NCBI GenBank assembly: GCA_028534125.1 | Contig: CM052817.1 | Location: 41,852,001 to 41,916,000, forward strand | Direction: 5' to 3' | Length of the DNA stretch: 64,000 nt | DNA from: Lama glama | Taxonomy: Eukaryota | In this document: piece by piece, positions 54,200-64,000 of the stretch | How the letters are laid out: every line of letters starts with the position of its first letter | Numbering within the stretch: position 1 is the first letter of the stretch | Notes under the pieces: model-generated | What the model saw: the letters and a program-made list of their open reading frames with translations, nothing else | Databases searched by the model: none | What the model was told of the DNA's origin: nothing | Translations under genes and position numbers: made by a program

Positions 54200-55140
54200 G
54201 CCTTGAAGAGTTATTTGTACTCCCATGTTCAGTGAAGAATTAGTCACCTTACCCAAGGTATGAAAACAATCTAAGTGTCCTCCAACAAATGAATGGATAA
54301 AGAAAATGTGGTTTATATATACAATGGAATAGTATTGTCTTTTTAAAAAACCCTGGCATTTGCAACAACATGGATAAACTTGAAGGGAATTATGCTAAGT
54401 GAAATAAACCAAACAAAGAAAGATAAATACAGTTGTCTTTCAGTATCCATGAGATCTGGGTTCCAAAACCCCTCCCACAGATACACAAAATCTGTGTATC
54501 CACAAGTCCTTATATAAAATTGTGTCATATTTGCATATAGCCTATGCACATCTTCCCATATACTCTAGGTTACTTACAATGCCTAATACAAGGTAAATAG
54601 TACAATAGTTGTAAATACAATATAAATGCTATGTAAATAGTTGCTGGTGTGAGGCAAATTCAAGTTCTGCTTTTTGGAGCTTTCTGGAAGTTTTTATTTT
54701 TCCAAATATTTGCCATCCACCATTGGCTGAATTTGCAGATGCAGAACCCACAGACACAGAGGGCAGACTGTACTGTGTGATGTTGCATACATGCAAAATC
54801 TAAAAAAAAAGGAGAACTCATAGATAAAGAGTAGAAATGGTGGTTGCCAGGGACTAGGGTATGGAGGAAATAGAGGCTGGTTAAAGGATAAAACCCTTCA
54901 GTTATAAGACAAATGTATAACATGATGACTACAGTTGATAATACTATATTGTATAATTGAAATTTGCTAAGAGAGTAGTACTAAGTGTTCTCACAAAAAA
55001 GAAAAGGTAAATACATGAAGTAACAGATGTGTTAATGGTGGTAATCCAGGAATCCTTTCACAGTCTCGGTGTATCAAAGCATCATGATGTATGCCTTAAA
55101 TACATAAAATTTTTACTTAAAATATTTTTATAAATAAATA
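54200..55140 (+). mobile_element. L1MA-like 3' end interrupted by MER2
   Basis: gaatggataaagaaaatgtgg...tgcaacaacatggataaacttga...aatttgctaagagagtag. Confidence 0.88.
54430..54770 (+). mobile_element. MER2-like Tigger MITE
   Basis: cagttgtctttcagtatcc...gatgcagaacccacagacacagagggcagactg with TA TSDs; removing it restores L1 agataaata|ctgtgtgatg. Confidence 0.92.
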
Positions 55141-55546
55141 AACAAATTAGTTACAGACAAATATTTAAGGATTTTGAACTTAGTCCAAAATATACTGTTA
55201 GGTTAAAAAGCAAATTTCAAAATGGAATGTATGGCATGATCCAAATTTTAAACAGTATATAAAATATAGATTCACATATATATTTTAAGATGAAAAGGAA
55301 GAAGTAAATCAAAATACCAAATTCGGTTGGCAGAATTATATGGAATCTTTATCATTCTTGCTTACTTTTTATCTTCTATATTGAATACATATCTCTTTTA
55401 TAACAGGTTACTTTTAGAATAATGAATATTGACTTTATCTTATTCATACTCTATTCCTTAATTTATAAATTAATATATTTTGTTTTATTTTAAGAGCCTC
55501 ATTTATAAAAGCCATGTAAGGAAATCTACATCAAAAGAAATGACAA

Positions 55547-55726
55547 CAAACTAGTGATTACCAGCTGGGGGAGGTGGGGATGGGCAATACAGGGGTGAGG
55601 GAGTGGGAGGTACAAACTACTGGGTGTAACATACGCTCAAGGATGTATTGCACAACAGCAAGGAATACAGCCAATATTCTGTAATAACTATAAGTGGAAA
55701 ATAATGTTTACAAATTTTAAGTAAAA
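55547..55726 (+). mobile_element. Short L1 3'-end insertion (~180 bp)
   Basis: TSD AAATGACAA at 55538-55546 and 55727-55735; caaactagtgattaccag...ggaggtacaaactactgggtgtaa. Confidence 0.88.
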
Positions 55727-56369
55727 AAATGACAAAAGTCACTTGTTAACAGAAATTGCTTAACTGCTTTCAGAAAATTAAACAAAAAGAAAAATTGATA
55801 TGAACTGTACAATTACTTTGGTATAAATTAAAGAAAATTTTCTTCTAAATAAAGAGAAATTGACTATTTTTTTTTTACCCACATAAAAAATTTCACAATA
55901 ACCAAGAATTGGCAGCTAAATGTGTCTACAATGTTTATATCACTTCCTAAAATGTTACTTTAATATATAGGTAAAATTTGTTCTTGCAGTAGGCCCTTTT
56001 TTGCTAGGAAATTAAGCTATATAAGGATACATTTCAAAAAGGAAATTAGAGTTTCAGCCAAATTAAGTAGTTTTTCCTTCTCCTTCCTCTTGCTACCTTC
56101 ATTGTAAAACATAAGCAAATATACTGAATTTTCAAATTGTGGATGAACACCAAATCTATAAAATCTAGCCTACCTTTATATGCCTTAACAAAATGAAATA
56201 AAATACAACATATAAATTGTGATGGTTTTCTTTTAAAACATGAGGTAAAGATACACATCTCTCTTCAGATCATAATTGAGAAAGTGCTGGACTTGGAGGC
56301 AGATATACTGGAATTAAGACTCTTAACTTACATAGATGATCACTTTGACTTTTCTGACCACATCCATTA

Positions 56370-57260
56370 ATATATTCGTTTATTCCACAAATATTGACTA
56401 TATGTATATTCTAGTCACTAAAACATAGGGGTGAGATTAGAGCAACGGGAAAGAAAGACAGGCGAGGTCTCAGCTCTCTTGAGGGTTTCATTTAGTGGAA
56501 TGAAAGCCAATAACAAATACCTGAATAACTAAAGAAATTATAAACTGTATTTTTTTTAAAAAGCTGTGAAGGAAATAAACAAAACTGAGAAAGAATTAAG
56601 GAGCAGAGGATGGCTTAGTTGACTCAAGTGGTCAGGGAAGACTGTTTAACGTAACTGCCATTTGAGCTGAGACCAGAAGGATAAGGATGAGAACATGTAG
56701 CAGAGCAATCCAAGCAGGGGAAAGGCAAGTTAGTGGAACAGGAATTCACATGGGCTGTGAGGAATGGAAAGGAAGTGAGGACGGTCAGAGGGCCGTGAGC
56801 ACATGAGCATAGGTAGAGTGTATGAGGTACAGATAGGCCACTGTTGGATCACACGGAGACTGATAAGCCACAGAAAGGAGTTAAGATTTTTCTATTTAAA
56901 GGGAAGCCAAGCAGAGGTCTTAAGCAAGGAAGTTGCCTGATCAGATTTATGTTTAAAAAAGAAAAATCATACTGCCTGTGAAGTACTATAGGAAAGCAAA
57001 AGATGGGAACAGTTAGTGTACTTCGATGATGACTTTTCTAAGATAGTGGAGTTGGGGATAATGGGAAGAGGAGCAGTTTTAGATGAAGAATGGGTCTGGA
57101 AATCAAGCAAAAAGTTAACTTCAAGAATATGAATCAACCAGGTATGACATGTAGATGACACAGATATTTCAGGCTCAAGCTCAGAGAGAGGCTCGAGCTG
57201 AATATAAACTAAGAGTCATCAGCATTTAGAAGCAGTTTTAAAGGCATGGGAAATATATGA
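56370..57260 (-). mobile_element. L2 3' segment
   Basis: attcgtttattccacaaatattgact...catttgagctgagaccagaagga...aagagtcatcagcattta. Confidence 0.8.
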
Positions 57261-57332
57261 AGTATGCATTTAGATAATATAAATTATAAAGATAAATAAT
57301 TAACACTGTATCCACCTTGATTGGTGAGCAAC

Positions 57333-57640
57333 TGTACTAAGCATCTCTTTATTCTGATGCTGTTACACCTGGAGCCTTGCTGACCCTGAAGAGGGGGCCC
57401 CTCCTTGGACCAGGCAGTTCCTGGAGATAGTAAAGGACCCCCCTGAAAGTGCACCTACCTTCCATATATCAATCAATTGATTCAAAGCCCCAATCATAAA
57501 TACTCCCAATCATATCATTTATCAGGCTGTCACTCTCCCAGCGACTATGCCCCACCCTGATCACCCAGCCCAGGTACCATACAACTAGAGACAGCCTTAT
57601 GCATACTCCAGAGCCTGATGAAACTATTTAAACTAGCAAC
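57333..57640 (+). mobile_element. ERVL LTR 5' part (MER74-like)
   Basis: ctgatgctgttacacctggagccttgctgaccctg...ttcctggagatagtaaa. Confidence 0.75.
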
Positions 57641-58904
57641 TAGCGTTATCTGCACCACGATGTTTTTCTTTCTGACTCCTTTACACATACTTCCAAATGC
57701 CTCCATTTTATCCTACATAAAAACTCTCTGCCTTTGAACTTCCACTGGTCACAACTATTTTCCCTGGATCTCCCAAAGAACTAGTTTATTATGAGCCACT
57801 ACATGTTTGTTTACTTTTCAAAAACATACCATCATTAATTCTTCTTGACACTAGATTATCAAAAATATTAACCTATGAAATTTGATGATAATGAACAGGA
57901 AAGTAGAAGTTTTTGTAAGTTATTACACAGATATGGGCTGTGTAATATTGTTTACCTGACTACAACAAAACATTTCCTTAAATAGAGAAAGAAAACGGCT
58001 GTATGACCCTTATGTACTATCTATGAATGTTAACTGTGGTATTTGTCTGCATATCATATGTGTTGTCCTGTGTGTTTTCCAGATGAGTTCTTTTTTAAAG
58101 CCTGAGCAAAGCTCATTATTGTTTAAGTGCTTTTATCAAATGGCATCCAGAATTCTAAATTTAATTTGCTACCTCTATTTTTATGAACATATTAAACTTA
58201 CAGAAAACCTGGTATCCAGCCTATATTAATTCTATTTTTAAACCATGAAATTATTCCTAAATTTTTAAAAAATCTTACTTATTAAAATAATCATTATATA
58301 AAATGTGTGGTCTTTCCTGAAAAGCATATTACAATTATTTTTTATTACTGTTAAATAATTTTGATCCGCAGCTTAATGACATCCATATTAGACAAAATTA
58401 AATATATTTAACAAAGCATTTCATGTCAGAATATTTTTACTCTTGGCAAACACTGTGAAACACTAAACTGAACTTTTTGCTAGGAGAATGACAAACTACA
58501 CATGCAATGTTAAAACTAAAAATTGCCTTTCGTAAAATGGAGAGGCAAGTAAGATTGATTAACCAAGAAAAACAACCTCTTTATAGAAATACTACAGAAA
58601 ATGAAATTTATGTAATAAAAAGTTATGGGTAAAATTGTCTTTAAAAAAGCAGTAACCCCTTCTGTAGAACATTTTACTGAATTATTGGATAGCTGTAATG
58701 GTTTAAATCTTAAACATAATGACTATTTAATGTACTGGGTTTTAAACTATGAGATCACAAATGTGTTTGATATTTTTAAGTGCTAATTTAGGCAAAAAAA
58801 AAAAAGTCCAGAAAAGTTTTGGTAAATGTAAAGAACATAAAGTGGGAATTCCAAGAATATATAAATTATATTATTTTTAGAAGAAGAAAAACAGGATAAG
58901 GAGC

Positions 58905-59340
58905 CCCTTGGTTCAGCATTTATATATTTAACCTCTGTTATTAGCCAGGAACTCTTCTAGGTACTAGAGAATGAGACAGAAGAGGTTTCTGCATCGACAG
59001 ATCTCACATTCTACAGGACGGACATCGAAAAAGGAGAACAAGAGTAGATGGTGACTTGTTAAATCAAAGTCAGGAGGCTCTGTAACTGAAGTTAAGCTGA
59101 AACAGAAAAAGACCAAGTGACAAAGAAGTCACTGTTTAAAAGAGTCAAAATCAGATGGCATAGGTAAGGATTCTGAAGCCTTCAGGTGACAGAGGCTGTA
59201 CCTAAAGTGGAAAGCTATCCGTACATTTGCCATGTTAAGAACCAGTAGTGAGAGGATGAGGAGACCCTTATAGATTTGTCCAGGAGCCCCTGAGTTGGGT
59301 AGGTTATATTAAGCTTCACAGAGGGATAGGATATTAAGTA
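58905..59340 (-). mobile_element. Degraded L2 3' fragment
   Basis: ttcagcatttat...agccaggaactcttctaggtactagagaat...ctcacattcta. Confidence 0.55.
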
Positions 59341-59854
59341 GAACAGAAAATGTAAGGAAAAAGTAAAATAGAATACATATTACTTCTTTTAAAAAACCTA
59401 AGTCATCACAGATGACAAAGATCATTGTCAATAAAGTAATTTTTTTAAATTAAACACACTTTTCATAACTGCTAAAATACTGTAGTAACTAATAGCTTGA
59501 AGTTACTAAATTGATTATTTTTATGCCTTTGGTGATATAAGTTCTGTACATCTTCCCAAAGTATTTGACAGAATTGAAATAATGCTACACTAGAGCAGCA
59601 CTTAGAAATGGGGAGAAAAGAGGCCCACCTACACAAAGTGCCCAAATACACTTAGGACTGGGCATTCAACAAGAAAGTTCTGCTTCCTAGAATGTTATAG
59701 TGTATAGGAGATAGCACGGATCTAGAAAAATATAAGGTCAAAGTTGCAAATAGGACTCTAAATGTCTGAAGCACCTGGCTGGTCACACAGGTGGGTTGTC
59801 ACAGGTGATCAGGCTCAGGGGATATAGATTTCTGCTAACCAAACCTCCAAGAGA

Positions 59855-60293
59855 TGAATTCGTTTTCTACTGCTGCTATAACAAATTACCAAAAACTAAG
59901 TGATGTAAAACAACAGATATTTATTCTATTATAGTTCTGTAAATTAGGGCTCTAGGGGAAAACGCACTTCTCTGTCTTTTTCACATTCTAGAGGTCACCT
60001 GCATTCCCAGGTTGTGGCCTCCTTCAATCTTCAAAGCCAGAAAGCAGTTCAGTCCTTCTCACATAGCATCACCATGATGTCCTCTTCTGCCTCTCTTGTC
60101 CACTTTGATACCCCTGGGATTACAGTAGGCCCACCAGGATAATCTAGGATAATCTCCCTACTTTAACTTCAGTGGATCAGGAATCTCACTTCCATCTACA
60201 GCTTTACTTCCCCTTTGTCAGATAGGTAACATTCACACATTCCAGGGATTAAGACATGGACATCTTTGGGGACTCATTACTCTGCCTAACACA
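59855..60293 (-). mobile_element. MaLR solo LTR (MLT1C/D-like)
   Basis: tgctgctataacaaattacca...ggataatctaggataatctccc...ccagggattaagacatggacatctttgggg...ctgcctaacaca. Confidence 0.88.
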
Positions 60294-60394
60294 TTCTTAG
60301 TTCTCTTGGAAGTCCCTGCTTCAAAATTTACATATACATTAATAAATATATTTAAAAGATAAGAGTTGAGGTGACATTATCATTCACTAAGAGC

Positions 60395-60620
60395 TAGTGT
60401 TCAGAGAGAGAGAGACCTGATTCAAATTTCAGCTTCAACATTTAATGGCTATTTGATGTAACATATTTTTGAAATTATCTGGGCAATGATTTCCTCATCT
60501 AAGAAACTGAGAAAAAATATCTCACAGGATTATTGTGAGGGTAAAGGTAAATTAGGTAAAAGGCTGGACACAATACCTGACTTAGTATAAGTCCTTCAGA
60601 AACACTAGCTGATAGTATTA
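60395..60620 (+). mobile_element. MIR SINE
   Basis: agacctgattcaaatttcagctt...tttcctcatct...ctcacaggattattgtgagg. Confidence 0.75.
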
Positions 60621-61544
60621 GATTATTGAAAACAATGCACTGTTTGCTACCTCTCTGAATTGCTGCTCAGGGTTAAGACTGTTTTCCTTAATTTATTCTC
60701 TACTGCTTTGTTCTTTACTGTTTTACTAACTTGAACAATTGCTAAACAGCATATGTCACTACAGCCTGCATGCCAAGATATTTTATTAAGTTCATGTGCT
60801 AAAAACTTTCTCATTTCTTGGATGACTAAATAAGACACTTCCTAGGAGTATTATAATCTTGAATGGTATTTTAATCTTTCCAAAAGGAACACTTTATGGT
60901 TAATATTATTATTAAACAAATAATAGAAATATCATCTAGATAAAAGTGACAGTCCATGAAATTTCACTCTGAATTTCTTTTCATCCTCTAATATCTCTTC
61001 CTGGTCAGAGAAAAGAGAAAATGTAGTTAGAGCTAGGACTGATACTACTGCAAAGAGTTTAATATGAGCTTTCTTATTGATCTGGTACACATTTCTGTTA
61101 AAAGAATTTCAAGCATCATAAAATTTTTCCTTAAATTCTATATTCCCAGGTAGAGTTGCCACCTGTGCAGTTATACAGCCATTTTACAATATTCACTGAC
61201 TTCTCCACTTTTTATTACTATCCAGTTTTAGATAGTAATCCTTTCTCATATAATCACTCAAAACATGTGCGTTCCCAAATTTTCAAAAAATGCCACATAT
61301 ACCAGAACACAAAATATTCTTTCTTACCACTTCTTGGAATATTATTTCAAAATTAAATGTTTGACATTGAGTATTAGCCATGTACCATGTCCTAAATATA
61401 AACCAAGCTCCTAGTAGAAGATTCTTGGATGGACAGTATAAATAGGGGGAAAAAATACATAGTAGCACCACTATCATCATGTTAACTCGTAACAATAAAT
61501 AAATACTTGTTGAATTGTATTTTCTATTTTCAGCTGAGAAGTAG

Positions 61545-61702
61545 GAACACCTGTATTGTAACCCCAGCTCTGCTACTAATTAGCATGAAATTTTTAAACA
61601 AGTCACTTATAAGCCCTCAGGGTCAGGCATAGTTTCCTCAGTCTATAAAACAAGGAAATGAAGACTAGGTCTCTACGTTTCCTTCTAGTTTTAAAATTTT
61701 AT
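61545..61702 (+). mobile_element. MIR3/MIRc-like SINE fragment
   Basis: cccagctctgctactaattag...caagtcactta...agtttcctcagtctataaaa...ccttctagttttaaaatt. Confidence 0.75.
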
Positions 61703-63699
61703 CCGCATTTAGTAGCTACAGTCAGTAATCAAAATCCTCCAAACAAAATAAAATTTATATTAACAAAATTATTTCATATGTACTTTGCAAAGCCAGTAAA
61801 ATAGGTGAATTTACACTTGCAACAGAGTTTTTAAAAATGCCTTAAGCTGAGTGCAGTATGTTTAGTGAGTTTCAATTTTGTTAATTTAAAAAATCAATAG
61901 CTCACTAATACACATAGACCTTAAAAATATGTTATTTGCTATGCCTTTGGGGGAATTTAACTGGTGGTAATTGATCATTTTGCAAATTATTTTGTTTTTT
62001 GTGGCATACAGACATTTTTCAAAAATAACCATCTATAAACTTCACAAGAGTATCTTCATTTCAGCGAAGTACTGGCATCCTTATCTAGACTACTTGTCTT
62101 TACAAGTCAGATCTGCAATCCTCAGAGCATCTGCTGGCTGCCTCTACTGACACTAAGCTTTTTCAACAAAGTGTTGCCCCTAAGAAGTATCCATGACTAT
62201 GCTTTCCCGTCTGCCATGACAATGTCATTGTCTTTGAACCTGCCATTTCTGCTTACGTGGCTTAAAGAGACCAATAGTCTAAAAATATGTCTTTTAGGCA
62301 TTTTGATACTTTTCCAGAGATAATGATTGACTTTCTGGCCATCAATGGATCTTTAATAATAGCATTTACTTGTTTAGATAATTTATGAGCTAAAATAATA
62401 TAGAGTGATTTAAAAAAATACTCCATGAACAAATGTGTATTTCATCATACTCCTTGTAAACTGAGTTAAGCTATAAATAATGAGAACAAAGCAGAACTTC
62501 AGAGGTCTTCTACACATACTATAATTGAAAATTTATTTTGATTAGAATATAGTATCTTGAAAATCTAATTCTTTGAAGCAATCCATCCAGTAAACAACCA
62601 GCAGAATCTTCACAATATCCACTTTAGACACTTTCATCTTTGGAGTACTACACAATCACTAAGGAAACATTAGGATACTATTTGAAGAAAGAACACAATT
62701 AAAACTTTTGTATTAATTTGTTTTTAAGGAAAAATGCCCCAGTACATGAGGGAAAGAATTTATCAACTAGGTACTGCCCAGGTTCACATTAAATTGTTAC
62801 AGCTGGGCATAACCATAAAAAAACTGGATGTGACTATTAGCAGATATTTGTCCAGCATAAATCAGAACACATGTTTTAGCTTTATGGCAATGGGCTGTGA
62901 GCTTTTTGTCACTTGGTTCCCAAAACGTGTTAATGTTCCAGGTGTCCACTTAATTCAGTTAGTACCAATATAAAGATTTTTCAAGACGTAGTTTAACTTT
63001 ACTGAACCAAACAAGTTTATTGCACTAAAGTGATGTAGCTCTTTAAGATGTTGCAATAAGATCTACATGACCACTTAACACTAAAATATCTAGTTTGAAT
63101 TCTTTAATTAATAGGTGTGTTTACAATGCTATTATTCCTAAGAGACCAGTTTTCATAATAAATAAGTCATTACTTTATCATCCTGTGGCAAATGTTTGCT
63201 CTTTTGATCAGAAATGTGTCTTAGTCTTACCTAACAGTTGGAAAAACCAATTAACAATAGAAACATTTATTTAAAGTCTAATTTGTTTTCCCAGAGTGTT
63301 CTATAGAAGATGAAAGTATTTTACCTGCCTTTCTTATGCACGTTAGCATATTAAATGGCCTGAGAAATCTTGCGATAAAGAAATCAGTTTGATTTTCTTT
63401 AACTCAGCATCTCCCAAATTTATTTAACTATGTAATTCTTATATCCCTTAAAAAAAATATTAGCCTCATGCAGAGAGTACTTTAAAAGGCTTGGGATAGA
63501 AAAGATAACTCCAAGTTTTCTTTGTATACTTCATTTCTAATTCTTAAGTGATTTCCACATTTTTCAAATCTATATTTTTTCCCTTTAAGTCCCCATGTCT
63601 CATTCTTTCTTTTTTTAATAGAGAAAAACTTTGATAAACTGGCAACCTTAACTTCAACTTTTACATAACCCAACTCTACGCTGTAAATATTCACCAAGG

Positions 63700-63900
63700 T
63701 ACTATGCTTGGCATTGTAAAGTTGTTATACCATCCCTTAGTTTTCATTTTGGTAGACTAAATAGACCAAAGCCCTGCAATTGTTTTTCCTTATAGATCAC
63801 AATTTATACCCATCTGATCATTCTTCTGGAACCCTACCTTTTCAAAGACATGTATGATCATTTTGAATTATGATCATTGACACTAGGCATAGCAGTCTAA
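63700..63900 (-). mobile_element. CR1/L3 fragment
   Basis: ccccttagttttcattttggtagactaaatagac...tgatcattcttctggaacc, antisense of the CR1 'LFSLxKRRLRG' region. Confidence 0.55.
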
Positions 63901-64000
63901 TTAACACAGCATATTACAAGAATCAGAAACCACCTTAAACATCAAGACTTGTCTGAAATTATTGCTGCACATTCCTTTTATAAAGTATAATTCTTTGGAA

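Noticed and set aside
60647..60838. 63-aa minus-strand ORF with exon-like start
   Set aside because: Weak splice signals, no recognisable homology, length within chance expectation
1..64000. CRISPR arrays, operons, tRNA/rRNA/snRNA genes, processed pseudogenes, NUMTs, non-retroviral endogenous viral ORFs
   Set aside because: None recognised on either strand; the DNA is mammalian and repeat-dominated. Highly diverged copies could be missed without a search.

Overview
AT-rich, CpG-depleted mammalian nuclear DNA. More than half of it is interspersed repeats: L1, L2, MIR, CR1/L3, MaLR/ERV LTRs, and hAT and Tigger DNA transposons. It also has microsatellites and two 500-N scaffold gaps. The young L1 3' ends look artiodactyl-type, and I saw no Alu, B1, Bov-tA/BovB, PRE-1, CHR-2 or CanSINE, so a camelid is my best inference. 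I found no recognisable protein-coding exon, tRNA/rRNA or CRISPR array; the only recognisable protein remnants are L1 ORF2 and a CR1 ORF2 motif. The window looks intronic or intergenic. The most interesting leads are speculative: two minus-strand terminal-exon architectures (47.2-47.55 kb and 51.9-52.0 kb), a possible LTR-driven spliced transcript (~41.6 kb), several motif-dense candidate enhancers, and two ~185 bp L1-derived inserts with shared ends. I cannot support a claim of a novel biological system here. Repeat family names come from recalled consensus sequences, not a database search. Boundaries without a stated target-site duplication (TSD) are approximate.
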